From sequence record SRR22947725_654: a stretch of 64,000 nucleotides of DNA; one strand, 5' to 3'. Below, in pieces: positions 27,906 to 38,766 of the stretch (the first letter of the stretch is position 1; the number at the start of each line of letters is the position of its first letter). The notes beneath the pieces are model-generated. The model did no database searches. It saw nothing but the letters and a program-made list of their open reading frames with translations, and was not told where the DNA came from. Both the position numbers and the translations under genes were made by a program.

Positions 27906-28742
27906 ATGAAAAGCATAATGAAAGCTGATCTCCATAATCATTCATACTATTCAGATGGATTACTATCTCCCAGTGAGGTAGTTAGGTTAGCTAGTAAGGC
28001 CGGTTGTGATTTATTTTCTTTGACTGACCATGATACAACAGATGGTATAGCTGAAGCTAAGTTAGAGGCTGATAAATTAGGTTTGAATTTCATCAATGGC
28101 GTAGAGATATCTGCGTTTTGGAAAAATATGGCTATCCATATAGTTGGTTTAGGAGTTGATGTTAATAATGATATTCTTCAAGCTGGTCTGGAACATAATA
28201 AGGAGTTGAGAAAAATTAGAGCAGAAAAAATAGCGCTCAGTCTTTGGCGTTCTGGAATTAGGGATGCATTAGAAAAAGCTCAAATGATTAGTGGGGGTCA
28301 TATGCTTACACGGACTCATTTTGCACAAATGTTAATTCAAGAAGGTTATTGTAAAGATATGAATTCAGTTTTTAGGCGATATCTCACTGGGAAAAAGCCT
28401 GGAGGTGTAAGAGTAGAGTGGAAAGATTTTGATGAAGTTATCAATTGGATACAATCAGCTGGAGGGATGGCTTTTATTGCTCATCCATTTCGGTATCGAA
28501 TGACACACACCAAAATAAAAAATATGATTAAAGACTTTAAAGATGCTTCTGGAGATGGCTTTGAAGTCGTTAATGCAAATAGCTCTGAAGAGGAAATTTC
28601 TCTTGGAAATCAGTGGTCAGAAGATCATGATTTGCTAGCATCATGTGGCTCAGATTTCCATGGATGGCCTAATCAAAGAGTTCAAATAGGAAATTTGAAC
28701 GAGCTGCCTAATCCTAAAAGAGCTGTTTGGAGCCACATATAA
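27906..28742 (+). CDS. PHP-domain protein (YciV/TrpH-like)
   Basis: DLHNHSYYSDG, LTDHDT, GVEIS, IAHP, GSDFHG; may start at 27918. Confidence 0.9.
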   Translation: MKSIMKADLHNHSYYSDGLLSPSEVVRLASKAGCDLFSLTDHDTTDGIAEAKLEADKLGLNFINGVEISAFWKNMAIHIVGLGVDVNNDILQAGLEHNKELRKIRAEKIALSLWRSGIRDALEKAQMISGGHMLTRTHFAQMLIQEGYCKDMNSVFRRYLTGKKPGGVRVEWKDFDEVINWIQSAGGMAFIAHPFRYRMTHTKIKNMIKDFKDASGDGFEVVNANSSEEEISLGNQWSEDHDLLASCGSDFHGWPNQRVQIGNLNELPNPKRAVWSHI

Positions 28743-29356
28743 TGGCTTTATTTCTTGATATTCATCCTAATAACCCCCAGTCAAGGTTAATTACTAAAGT
28801 AACTGAAACTTTAAAAAGTGGTGCTGTAATTGCTTATCCAACCGACTCTGGTTATGCTTTAGGTTGTTCATTAGGCAATAAGAATGCGATGGATAGAATT
28901 ATAAAAATTAGACAATTAAAAAGACACCATCACTTTACATTAATGCTTAAAGATTTGTCACATGTTGGAGAGTATGCAAAATTAAATAACTCAGGATTTA
29001 GATTGTTAAAAAAAATATTACCAGGTGCATACACCTTTATTCTTGAGGGAACCAAAGACATACCTAATCGTTTACTGAATGGCAATAGAAAGACAATTGG
29101 CGTTAGGGTTTCAAGTAATGCAATTGTGCAATCAATATTGGAGGATTTGATGGAGCCAATGATGAGTGTTTCATTAATTATGAAGGGTTATGAGTTTTAC
29201 CACGGTAATGATGTTAAGACAGTTCTAAATAATTCAATTGATCTTATTATTGATTCAGGTCACTGCCCACCAGAGCCCACGACAGTTATAGACATTTCAG
29301 AGAACGATATAGTTGTCCTAAGAGAGGGAGCAGGAAGTCTCGAATTTGTAAATTGA
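28742..29356 (+). CDS. yciO: Sua5/YciO/YrdC-family protein (YciO-like)
   Basis: IHPNNPQ.RL, YPTDSGYALGC, PGAYTFIL, PTTVID; ATG in a TAATG overlap; yciV-yciO synteny. Confidence 0.85.
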   Translation: MALFLDIHPNNPQSRLITKVTETLKSGAVIAYPTDSGYALGCSLGNKNAMDRIIKIRQLKRHHHFTLMLKDLSHVGEYAKLNNSGFRLLKKILPGAYTFILEGTKDIPNRLLNGNRKTIGVRVSSNAIVQSILEDLMEPMMSVSLIMKGYEFYHGNDVKTVLNNSIDLIIDSGHCPPEPTTVIDISENDIVVLREGAGSLEFVN

Positions 29357-29362
29357 TACTAC

Positions 29363-29397
29363 TTGTTTTTAAAATGTAATTACAATATAATTACATT
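29363..29397 (+). promoter_or_regulatory. Sigma70-type promoter with overlapping palindromic operator of the TA operon
   Basis: TTGTTT (29363)-17 bp-TATAAT (29386); inverted repeat AATGTAATTA-CAATA-TAATTACATT (29373-29397). Confidence 0.65.
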
Positions 29398-29604
29398 ATG
29401 GCAAAAATCATAAAAATTGGCAACTCTCAGGGTATTAGAATTCCTAAACCAATCATCTCTCTTGCAAAGCTTGAAAATCAAGAGCTTGAATTTGTTGTAT
29501 TGGATAGTGGTTTACTCATAACACCTGAAAAAAAAGTGAGAATAGGTTGGGACAATAAAAACAAACATGAACTAACTGCAAAATGGGAATGGAGTAAGAG
29601 CTAA
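29398..29604 (+). CDS. AbrB/MazE-family antitoxin
   Basis: KIIKIGNSQGIRIPK swapped-hairpin motif; TAATG overlap with the toxin gene. Confidence 0.88.
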   Translation: MAKIIKIGNSQGIRIPKPIISLAKLENQELEFVVLDSGLLITPEKKVRIGWDNKNKHELTAKWEWSKS

Positions 29605-29918
29605 TGAAGCGTTTTGAGGTCTGGCTTATTATGAAGAATCCCGAGTATGGTCGCGTTGTTGATAATTTGGGTCTTTGTACTATTGTGACTCCTGACGAAC
29701 TCAAGAATTTGACAAGTCTTTTGGTAGCTCCAATGACAACATCATACGAAGAAATTCCTAGTCGAGTTCCTTGTAATTTTGAGGGTTCAAAGGGCTTCAT
29801 AATGACAGACCAAATTAGGGCAGTAGAAAAGTATTGCTTTATTAAAAAATTAGGCGAACTTGAATCTGAGGTTCAAGTAAATCTATGTGATTGCCTTCAA
29901 GAGTTTTTTGCTTACTAA
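29604..29918 (+). CDS. PemK/MazF-family toxin (divergent)
   Basis: MKRFEVW, C.IV.PDEL, VAPMTT, DQIRAV.K...KKLG. Confidence 0.85.
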   Translation: MKRFEVWLIMKNPEYGRVVDNLGLCTIVTPDELKNLTSLLVAPMTTSYEEIPSRVPCNFEGSKGFIMTDQIRAVEKYCFIKKLGELESEVQVNLCDCLQEFFAY

Positions 29919-29967
29919 CTAGCGCTGTGAGTATAATCGTCTCATTTATATGCAAATCAATTTCAAA

Positions 29968-32568
29968 ATGAAGACTGCTGAAATTCGTCAGAAATTTTTA
30001 ACTTACTTTGAGAGTCATGGACACTCAATTCAGCAGAGCGCATCTTTAGTTCCTCACAATGATAACACTTTGCTTTTTGTAAACGCTGGAATGGTTCCTT
30101 TCAAAGATTTTTTTACTGGCGCGGCAAAAAAGCCTTTCGACAGAGCGGTTTCATGCCAAAGGTGTGTCAGAGCTGGTGGAAAACACAATGATTTAGATAA
30201 CGTAGGATATACCGCCAGGCACCATACATTTTTCGAGATGCTGGGTAACTTTAGTTTCGGTGACTATTTTAAAAGTGAAGCAATTCGATTTTGTTGGGAC
30301 TTCTTAACGGTTGAGCTTGGCCTTCCAAAAGAAAAACTCTGGGTCAGTGTTTTTGAAGACGATGATGAGGCTGCAGACATATGGGTTAACGAGATTGGCT
30401 TTCCTGTTGATAGGATATCACGATGTGGTGCAAAAGATAATTTTTGGCAAATGGGTGATACAGGACCTTGTGGTCCATGCAGTGAGGTTTTTTATGATCA
30501 TGGAGACCATATTAAAGGCGGGCCGCCAGGAACGCCAGAAGAGGAAGGAGACAGATTCATTGAGATATGGAATCTAGTTTTTATGCAATTCGATCGTCAA
30601 GTGGATGGTACCCTGGTCCCTCTTAAATCCACTGGGGTTGATACGGGTATGGGTCTTGAGAGATTGGCAGCCGTTATTCAGCACGAAAATAATAACTATG
30701 ATATTGATAGCTTTAAAGAGTTGACAGGAGCTGTTGTAGCATTAACTCCAAAAGCAGAAAAGGTGAAGCAGAACCATGCTTCAGTTCGAGTTATTGCAGA
30801 TCATATTAGGTCTACAGCGTTTATGATTGTTGATGGCATAATGCCTTCCAATGAGGGAAGAGGTTACGTATTGAGGCGAATTATCAGGAGAGCGATTCGT
30901 CATGGGCACAAGTTAGGAATTAGTGAAACCTTTTTTTATAAATTAGTATCCGTTTTATCAGATCAAAATCAAAAAGCATACCCAGAACTTTTATCGAGTA
31001 AAGAATTAGTAGAGCAAGCACTACAAAAAGAAGAGGAGCGATTTATTCAGACTCTCGATACGGGCATGGGAATTCTTGAAAGTGCAATTGAAGAAATCTC
31101 TGGTAATGAGATTAGCGGAGATGTAGCCTTTAAGCTTTATGATACTTATGGCTTTCCAGTTGACCTTACAGCTGACGTTGCAAGGGAGAGGGGCTTGAAG
31201 ATTGATATGGACGGCTTTGATTCACAAATGAATCAACAAAGAGATCGTGCAAGAAATGCTGGCGATTTTGATTCCAAAAAATCAAATGTAGTAATTGAAG
31301 ATTCAACTGAGTTTTTAGGTTATGAGCACTCTGAAAATACTGCGATTGTTAAAGCGATCATTAAAGAAAGCCAATCTATAAATGAATTAAATCAGGGCGA
31401 ACAAGCCATTTTAATTCTAGATAAAAGTAGTTTTTATGGTGAATCTGGAGGTCAGTGCGGTGATCATGGCATTTTATCCAATAAAAACTGTCTATTCAAC
31501 GTGACAGATACTCAAAAACAAGTCTCCAATGCTTATGAGCACTATGGCATTCTTGATTCTGGATCTATTAAGCTTGGTGATAAGGTAGATGTTGCAATAG
31601 ACACAGATAGAAGAAAAAAAATTATGCGTAACCACTCTGCAACCCATCTCCTTCATGAGGCTTTAAGGCAAGTTCTGGGTGATCAGGTCAAGCAAAAAGG
31701 CTCCCTAGTTGAATCAGATAAATTAAGATTTGATTTCTCACAAGATGAGGCAGTCCTTCAGCCAGACCTAGATCAAGTTGAGGCTATAGTGAATGAGCAA
31801 ATTCTAGGTAATACAGAAGTCAATACTGAGTTAACAGATATTAAAACCGCAAAAAAGAGGGGGGCTATGGCCCTTTTTGGTGAAAAATATGGAGAAGAGG
31901 TCAGAGTGCTATCAATGGGAGATGATGACTTTTCAGTTGAGCTATGTGGGGGAACGCACGTTCAAAGATTAGGTGATATCGGCAGATTCAAAATCACCTC
32001 TGAGAGTGGAATAGCCTCTGGAGTTAGAAGGATTGAGGCCGTTACTGGTTTAGAAGCTTATCAACTCGATAAAAATAATGAAGAAAATATAAATATGATT
32101 GCTCATCTTACAAAATCAAATTCAACTGCAGTTATCGACAAAGTAAAACAGCTCATCAACAATCAAAAAAGTCTTGAGAAACAAGTCGCTACCTTTCAAA
32201 AGCAATTAGCTAGCGATCAAAGTGATACTTTAATAACGAATGCTATTGATGTTAATGGGCTCAAACTCCTTGCGACTGAAGTCTCAGGCGTCTCCTCAAA
32301 AGATTTGAGAGAATTAGCTGATAAATTGAAAGACAAGCTGGTTTCTGCGATAGTAGTTTTAGCTGTTGTATCGAACAACAAAGTTTCTCTTGTCTCAGCC
32401 GTCACAAAAAATCTCACCAATAAATACCAAGCGGGAAATATTCTAAATCATGTCGCATCTCAAATTGGCGGCAAAGGTGGTGGAAGGGCAGATATGGCAC
32501 AAGGTGGTGGAACTGATGTAGAAAAACTTGCCCAAGCACTAGAGTCTGTTAAGGAATTAATTGAATAA
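29968..32568 (+). CDS. alaS: Alanine--tRNA ligase
   Basis: EIRQKFL, LLFVNAGM, RHHTFFEMLGNFSFGDYFK, HSATHLL, ELCGGTH, GGKGGG; alternative start at 29950. Confidence 0.98.
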   Translation: MKTAEIRQKFLTYFESHGHSIQQSASLVPHNDNTLLFVNAGMVPFKDFFTGAAKKPFDRAVSCQRCVRAGGKHNDLDNVGYTARHHTFFEMLGNFSFGDYFKSEAIRFCWDFLTVELGLPKEKLWVSVFEDDDEAADIWVNEIGFPVDRISRCGAKDNFWQMGDTGPCGPCSEVFYDHGDHIKGGPPGTPEEEGDRFIEIWNLVFMQFDRQVDGTLVPLKSTGVDTGMGLERLAAVIQHENNNYDIDSFKELTGAVVALTPKAEKVKQNHASVRVIADHIRSTAFMIVDGIMPSNEGRGYVLRRIIRRAIRHGHKLGISETFFYKLVSVLSDQNQKAYPELLSSKELVEQALQKEEERFIQTLDTGMGILESAIEEISGNEISGDVAFKLYDTYGFPVDLTADVARERGLKIDMDGFDSQMNQQRDRARNAGDFDSKKSNVVIEDSTEFLGYEHSENTAIVKAIIKESQSINELNQGEQAILILDKSSFYGESGGQCGDHGILSNKNCLFNVTDTQKQVSNAYEHYGILDSGSIKLGDKVDVAIDTDRRKKIMRNHSATHLLHEALRQVLGDQVKQKGSLVESDKLRFDFSQDEAVLQPDLDQVEAIVNEQILGNTEVNTELTDIKTAKKRGAMALFGEKYGEEVRVLSMGDDDFSVELCGGTHVQRLGDIGRFKITSESGIASGVRRIEAVTGLEAYQLDKNNEENINMIAHLTKSNSTAVIDKVKQLINNQKSLEKQVATFQKQLASDQSDTLITNAIDVNGLKLLATEVSGVSSKDLRELADKLKDKLVSAIVVLAVVSNNKVSLVSAVTKNLTNKYQAGNILNHVASQIGGKGGGRADMAQGGGTDVEKLAQALESVKELIE

Positions 32569-32600
32569 AAAAGAAAAAGTAAAGTGCTAGGATTTACTTA

Positions 32601-33485
32601 ATGGACTGGCAACAAATATCTTTTGAAGTTCAAAAATCTGAAGTAGATTTGATATCAGAAGTGCTTGTGGGTCTTGGCAGTCTATCGATTACATTCAAAG
32701 ATGCGCAAGATAATGATATCTATGAGCCTCCAGTTGGAACAACGCCTTTATGGGAAAAGGTTACGGTAGCAGCTTTGTTTTCATCTGAGATGAGCAAGGA
32801 CTATGTAGAGAAGACTATCTTAGAAATCTGTGATATTAATATTTCTGATGCCACCAGCCTTAAAGATAAGGTTTGGGAGAAAGAGTGTCAAAAAGACTTT
32901 CCTGCAATGCAGTTTGGAAAAAAGCTATGGGTATGCCCTTCATGGGATATAAAACCGGAGCTATCAACTGAAGATGTTGTAATCATGATGGATCCAGGTC
33001 TAGCTTTTGGAACTGGAACGCACCAAACGACAAGTCTATGTTTAGAATACTTGGATGAAAACCCACCAGTAAACCTTGACGTCATTGATTTTGGTTGTGG
33101 AACTGGAATTCTGGCGATAGCAGCTGCAAAGCTTAAAGCTAAAAGCGTTTTAGCTATTGATAATGACCCTCAGGCTGTCATTGCAAGTCATGAGAATGTC
33201 ATTACAAATCGTTGTGACGAAGTCATCAACACCATTCATTCAATGGACCAAGATAATTCATCACGCTGTGATTTACTTATAGCAAATATACTTGCAAATC
33301 CAATTATTGAATTAGAGCCTCTTTTTTCAGAGTTTTTAAAATCAAATGGCACCATCCTTCTCTCTGGAATTATAAAAGATCAGGTTAAAGAAGTAGTCAG
33401 TTGCTATTCTCAAAACTTCACAGAAATTAAGCTTGCTAATAAAGATGAGTGGTATAGAATTTCAGCAACTAGAAAATTTTCTTAA
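32601..33485 (+). CDS. prmA: Ribosomal protein L11 methyltransferase
   Basis: DPGLAFGTGTH.TT, DFGCGTGILAI, ANILA. Confidence 0.95.
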   Translation: MDWQQISFEVQKSEVDLISEVLVGLGSLSITFKDAQDNDIYEPPVGTTPLWEKVTVAALFSSEMSKDYVEKTILEICDINISDATSLKDKVWEKECQKDFPAMQFGKKLWVCPSWDIKPELSTEDVVIMMDPGLAFGTGTHQTTSLCLEYLDENPPVNLDVIDFGCGTGILAIAAAKLKAKSVLAIDNDPQAVIASHENVITNRCDEVINTIHSMDQDNSSRCDLLIANILANPIIELEPLFSEFLKSNGTILLSGIIKDQVKEVVSCYSQNFTEIKLANKDEWYRISATRKFS

Positions 33486-33502
33486 GAATTTTATGATATT
33501 TT

Positions 33503-33703
33503 TTAGCCGCCGCCAACTGCATCAATAACCTCAATCCGGTCTTTGGCCTCTAAAAAAAATGAAGAATGCTTTGATTTAGGGATAATTGAATCATTGATCT
33601 CAACAGCAATTCGCTTATTTCGAAAGCCTAATTGATTAATAAGGTCATCAATATTTGAATTTTGAGGGAGAGAAATTTCCTCACCGTTGACAAAGATTTT
33701 CAC
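33503..33703 (-). CDS. thiS: Sulfur carrier protein ThiS
   Basis: 66 aa, VNGE, IAVEIN, C-terminal AVGGG; GTG start. Confidence 0.92.
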   Translation of the reverse strand: MKIFVNGEEISLPQNSNIDDLINQLGFRNKRIAVEINDSIIPKSKHSSFFLEAKDRIEVIDAVGGG

Positions 33704-33826
33704 AGAAACATCAAGTTGTAAATTCTAAGTAGATTATAACATTGGATTCTTAAATTCAAGATAAATTCTCTACAAACACATGGTAAAATTCCCCAAGTTT
33801 TTTGATCCCTCAACAGGAGTAAAGTT

Positions 33827-34948
33827 TTGCCTCAAACTGCCATACTAGCACTCGAAGATGGTACAGTTTTTTTGGGAAAATCAATTGGTTCTATTGGCCA
33901 AACTGTTGGTGAAGTTGTTTTTAATACAGCAATGACAGGCTACCAAGAAATACTCACGGATCCTTCCTACTCTCAGCAAATCGTAGCTCTGACCTATCCT
34001 CATATTGGTAATACCGGAATTAATAGTGTCGACCAAGAATCTTCAAATGTTTATGCTTCTGGTTTAATTATAAGAGATCTGCCCCTTGCTTATAGTAACT
34101 GGCGCTCTGAAATGAGCCTTGATAACTACCTCTCTACTAATAATATTGTTGCTATTGCTAATATAGATACTCGGGCGCTTACTAGACATTTACGAATTAA
34201 TGGAGCGCTTAAAGGATGTATTATGGCTTATGATTCTATTGATTCAAATGCAGCAGTTCAAAAGGCTAAAGAATTTCCTGGTCTCAAAAATATGGACTTA
34301 GCTAGAGTGGTTTCAACCTCTAAAACTTACAGCTTTAATCAGGGTTCATTTGATCTCGAAAATGCCACATTTAACAAGAGTAAATCCAAATTCAAAGTGG
34401 CAGTCTATGATTATGGCGTCAAGAAAAATATTCTAAGAATGCTTGTTGATCGTGGCTGTGAGCTAACCGTTTACAATGCTCAAACGCCTCTCGAAGAGCT
34501 GCTCGAAAATAATCCTGATGGTGTTTTTCTCTCTAATGGTCCTGGAGATCCTGAGCCATGTGATTATGCTATCAGTAATATCAAACAATTATTAGAGAAA
34601 CAAATACCGATGTTTGGTATATGTTTGGGTCATCAGCTATTATCATTAGCCTGCGGTGCAAAAACAGAAAAAATGAAGTTTGGACATCATGGTGCAAATC
34701 ATCCAGTGCAAGACCTTAATTCTCAAAGAGTTATGATTACATCTCAAAATCATGGCTTTGCAGTCTCGGATCAGAATATGCCTGATAATGTTGAAATTAG
34801 CCATAGGTCTCTTTTTGATAAGAGTATTCAGGGCATCAGAATCAAAGATAAGCCTGCCTATAGTTTTCAGGGGCATCCTGAAGCATCACCCGGACCACAC
34901 GACGTCAGTTACTTATTTGATGAATTTATAGGACTGATGTCGTCATGA
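33827..34948 (+). CDS. carA: Carbamoyl-phosphate synthase small subunit
   Basis: [41 protein letters not shown] start with SD AGGAG. Confidence 0.97.
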   Translation: MPQTAILALEDGTVFLGKSIGSIGQTVGEVVFNTAMTGYQEILTDPSYSQQIVALTYPHIGNTGINSVDQESSNVYASGLIIRDLPLAYSNWRSEMSLDNYLSTNNIVAIANIDTRALTRHLRINGALKGCIMAYDSIDSNAAVQKAKEFPGLKNMDLARVVSTSKTYSFNQGSFDLENATFNKSKSKFKVAVYDYGVKKNILRMLVDRGCELTVYNAQTPLEELLENNPDGVFLSNGPGDPEPCDYAISNIKQLLEKQIPMFGICLGHQLLSLACGAKTEKMKFGHHGANHPVQDLNSQRVMITSQNHGFAVSDQNMPDNVEISHRSLFDKSIQGIRIKDKPAYSFQGHPEASPGPHDVSYLFDEFIGLMSS

Positions 34949-34979
34949 AATTAAATGCTATATATTATTCTGATTAGAA

Positions 34980-37900
34980 ATGCCTAAAAGACAAGACATT
35001 AAAAGTATTTTAATTATTGGTGCTGGACCGATTGTCATCGGTCAAGCATGCGAATTTGATTATTCTGGTGCACAAGCATGCAAAGCTCTTAGAGAAGAGG
35101 GCTACAGGGTGATATTGGTTAATTCAAACCCTGCAACCATTATGACAGATCCAAAAATGGCAGATGCAACCTACATCGAGCCTATTGAATGGAAAACTGT
35201 AGAAAAAATTATTGAAAAAGAAAAACCAGATGCTCTTCTTCCAACTATGGGCGGTCAAACTGCCCTTAACTGTGCTCTTGATCTTGATCGTCATGGCGTT
35301 TTAGAAAAACATAAGGTTGAGATGATTGGCGCAAACAAGGAGGCAATTGATAAAGCTGAGGATAGGGAACTATTTCGTGAAGCCATGCTTAAAATTGGGC
35401 TCGATATGCCTAAAGCTGCGATAGCCCACACACTTGAAGATGCTCTAAAAGCTCAGGAACAGGTTGGCTTTCCAACAATCATTCGCCCCTCATTTACAAT
35501 GGGAGGCTCTGGTGGTGGAATTGCTTACAATAAGGAACAATTTGTAGAAATATGCCTGCGAGGTCTGGATTTATCACCTACTAATGAGTTATTAATTGAA
35601 GAGTCTATATTGGGTTGGAAAGAGTTTGAAATGGAGGTCGTTAGAGATAATAAAGATAACTGCATCATTATTTGTTCTATTGAAAATTTTGATCCAATGG
35701 GGGTTCATACAGGAGACTCGATAACGGTAGCTCCTGCACAGACGCTGACTGACAAAGAGTACCAAGTCATGCGAAATGCTTCTTTGATGGTTCTTAGAGA
35801 AATTGGTGTCGACACAGGTGGTTCAAATGTTCAGTTTGCTGTTAATCCTGATAATGGCAGACTAACCATCATTGAAATGAACCCAAGAGTTTCTCGATCA
35901 TCTGCTTTAGCATCTAAAGCGACTGGCTTTCCGATTGCGAAAGTAGCTGCCAAGTTGGCAGTTGGTTACACTCTTGATGAATTAGATAACGACATTACAG
36001 GTGGAAAGACACCTGCGTCATTCGAGCCATCTATTGACTATGTTGTAACAAAAATTCCAAGGTTCGCATTTGAGAAATTTCCACAGGCTGATGACCGACT
36101 AACCACTCAAATGAAATCTGTTGGTGAAGTAATGGCAATGGGCTCTACATTCCAGGAGTCACTTCAAAAAGCACTCAGGGGTCTTGAAACTGATAAATCT
36201 GGTCTGGATCCAATTGTAGATATTTCAATCTATGATTCAAAATCAAAAATAAGAAGTGAACTTCTTTCTGCTGGCGCCGAGAGAATATTTTATTTAGCTG
36301 ATGCCTTTAGAATGGGTATGAGTGTACAAAATGCATTCGATCTCTCTAAGATTGATCCTTGGTTCTTAGCGCAAGTTGAAGACATTGTCCTTTCAGAAAA
36401 TTCAATTCAAGGACAAGATATAAAAAGCATAAAGTCTGAAACAATTCGTGAACTTAAGCAGAAGGGTTTTTCAGATAAGAGGCTCTCAGAAATCCTCAAT
36501 TGCTCAGAAGCAGAATTTAGAAATTTAAGACTATCATTTAATATTAAACCAGTTTTTAAAAGGGTTGATAGCTGTGCTGCTGAATTTGATACGCAGACTG
36601 CTTATCTATATTCTACCTATCAATCTGAGTGTGAATCAAGTCCAACCGACAATAAAAAAATTATGATCTTGGGAGGTGGGCCAAATAGAATCGGGCAAGG
36701 AATTGAGTTCGATTACTGCTGCGTTCACGCATCTTTAGCGCTTCAAAAAGATGGATATGAGACCATCATGGTTAATTGTAATCCAGAAACTGTTTCTACT
36801 GATTATGATGTCTCAGATAGGCTTTATTTTGAGCCGCTCACACTCGAAGATGTTCTAGCAGTTATTGAAATTGAAAAACCAGAGGGCATTATTGTTCATT
36901 ACGGGGGGCAGACACCTCTTAAACTCGCAGAAGCTCTTGAAAAAAGTGGTGCTAATATCATTGGAACAAGTCCAGACTCTATAGACCTTGCTGAGGATAG
37001 AGAGCGCTTCCAAAAAATGATACAAAAACTTAAATTAAAGCAACCAGTTAACGACACAGCAAGATCACAAGATGAAGCGGTAGAAATTGCAAATTCAATT
37101 GGCTTTCCTTTGGTGGTCAGGCCTTCCTATGTTTTAGGCGGCCGTGCGATGGAAATTGTCTATGATAATGAAAGTCTTGAAAGGTACATGAAGACTGCCG
37201 TAAAGGTCTCCAATGATTCACCTGTACTATTAGATTCATTTTTAGATCATGCTATTGAGGTTGATATAGATGTCATTAGTGATGGCAAGGATATAGTCAT
37301 TGGTGGGATTATGGAGCACATCGAGCAGGCTGGAATTCATTCAGGTGATTCTGCATGCTCACTTCCACCTCACTCTTTGCCTGCATCTGTTCTTGATGAA
37401 ATGCGGCGACAAGTCAAACTGATGGCCAAAGAATTAAAAGTTATTGGGTTAATGAATACCCAGCTTGCCTATCAAGATGAAGAAATTTATGTGATTGAGG
37501 TAAACCCAAGGGCTTCAAGAACTGTCCCTTTTGTTTCCAAAGCAACTGGAGTGCCTTTAGCCAATATTGCCGCAAGAGTTATGGCGGGAACATCACTTAA
37601 AGAACAAAACTTTACCTCTGAAATCATTCCAAAGCACTATTCAGTTAAAGAGTCTGTTTTCCCATTTAATAAGTTCTTAGGAGTTGATCCATTTTTAGGG
37701 CCTGAGATGAGATCTACTGGAGAAGTAATGGGTGTTGGTAAGGATTTCCCTGCAGCTTTTGATAAAGCATTCCTTGCTGCGGGTGATGTAGTTCCAACGA
37801 CTGGAAAGGTGCTTGTCAGTTTAAGAACTCTAGATAGAGGTAGGCTCGTTGAGCTAGGAAACAGACTGATTGACCAAGGCTTTGAGATAGTTGCAACTCG

Positions 37901-38189
37901 AACAAACCAAGAAATACTCAAACAAGCTGGCCTTGAATGTACAATGGTTAACAAAGTGTCTGAAGGTTCACCGCATATTGTAGATGCGATCAAAAATGAA
38001 GAGATTAGCTTGATTATTAATTCAACTGATGATTCACAAGGTCTTGAAGATGCGACTGTGATACGTTGTCAAGCATTAATTCATAAGATTCCGTGTACAA
38101 CAACAGTTGCCGCAGCCTTTGCAATGCTTGATGGATTGATGACTCAAGATAAATTGGTTGTAAGATCTTTACAATCTATTCACCAGTAA
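34980..38189 (+). CDS. carB: Carbamoyl-phosphate synthase large subunit
   Basis: [30 protein letters not shown]; duplicated ATP-grasp domains; MGS domain. Confidence 0.98.
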   Translation: MPKRQDIKSILIIGAGPIVIGQACEFDYSGAQACKALREEGYRVILVNSNPATIMTDPKMADATYIEPIEWKTVEKIIEKEKPDALLPTMGGQTALNCALDLDRHGVLEKHKVEMIGANKEAIDKAEDRELFREAMLKIGLDMPKAAIAHTLEDALKAQEQVGFPTIIRPSFTMGGSGGGIAYNKEQFVEICLRGLDLSPTNELLIEESILGWKEFEMEVVRDNKDNCIIICSIENFDPMGVHTGDSITVAPAQTLTDKEYQVMRNASLMVLREIGVDTGGSNVQFAVNPDNGRLTIIEMNPRVSRSSALASKATGFPIAKVAAKLAVGYTLDELDNDITGGKTPASFEPSIDYVVTKIPRFAFEKFPQADDRLTTQMKSVGEVMAMGSTFQESLQKALRGLETDKSGLDPIVDISIYDSKSKIRSELLSAGAERIFYLADAFRMGMSVQNAFDLSKIDPWFLAQVEDIVLSENSIQGQDIKSIKSETIRELKQKGFSDKRLSEILNCSEAEFRNLRLSFNIKPVFKRVDSCAAEFDTQTAYLYSTYQSECESSPTDNKKIMILGGGPNRIGQGIEFDYCCVHASLALQKDGYETIMVNCNPETVSTDYDVSDRLYFEPLTLEDVLAVIEIEKPEGIIVHYGGQTPLKLAEALEKSGANIIGTSPDSIDLAEDRERFQKMIQKLKLKQPVNDTARSQDEAVEIANSIGFPLVVRPSYVLGGRAMEIVYDNESLERYMKTAVKVSNDSPVLLDSFLDHAIEVDIDVISDGKDIVIGGIMEHIEQAGIHSGDSACSLPPHSLPASVLDEMRRQVKLMAKELKVIGLMNTQLAYQDEEIYVIEVNPRASRTVPFVSKATGVPLANIAARVMAGTSLKEQNFTSEIIPKHYSVKESVFPFNKFLGVDPFLGPEMRSTGEVMGVGKDFPAAFDKAFLAAGDVVPTTGKVLVSLRTLDRGRLVELGNRLIDQGFEIVATRTNQEILKQAGLECTMVNKVSEGSPHIVDAIKNEEISLIINSTDDSQGLEDATVIRCQALIHKIPCTTTVAAAFAMLDGLMTQDKLVVRSLQSIHQ

Positions 38190-38193
38190 TAAT

Positions 38194-38670
38194 ATGGAAG
38201 CTATACCAATAACAATTAACGGAGCAAAGTCTCTAGAGCTTGAGTTACTTAGACTTAAGGATGAGGAGCGCCCTAGAATAGTTAGTGACATTGCAACAGC
38301 GAGAGAGCATGGTGATCTTAAAGAAAATGCTGAATATCATGCTGCAAAAGAAGAGCAGGGTTTTGTTGAAGGTAGAATTCAGGAGATTGAATCAAAATTA
38401 TCTCGCTTACAAATTATTGATGTTAGACAACTTAACCAAGACGGTCGCTGTGTTTTTGGAACAACAATCAACCTTTTAAATCTCTCTGATGATAAAGAAA
38501 CTAGCTATCAAATTGTGGGTGAGGATGAAGCAGATATCGAGCAGGGTAAAATTTCATGTCATTCTCCAATTGCAAGAGCCTTGATGGGCAATGAGGAGGG
38601 TGATGAAGTAACCGTAAAAGCCCCCAAGGGTGATATTCTTTATGAAATTCTTGAGGTCCAGTACATCTAG
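38194..38670 (+). CDS. greA: Transcription elongation factor GreA
   Basis: [25 protein letters not shown]; carAB-greA synteny. Confidence 0.97.
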   Translation: MEAIPITINGAKSLELELLRLKDEERPRIVSDIATAREHGDLKENAEYHAAKEEQGFVEGRIQEIESKLSRLQIIDVRQLNQDGRCVFGTTINLLNLSDDKETSYQIVGEDEADIEQGKISCHSPIARALMGNEEGDEVTVKAPKGDILYEILEVQYI

Positions 38671-38766
38671 TCCTGCTTTGATTAGATGCTAGCTTTTTAA
38701 TTTTTTTTATTTTAATTTTTCAATTCTGTGTAGAATTGTAATTTTTTAAATTTAGGGAATTTTATA

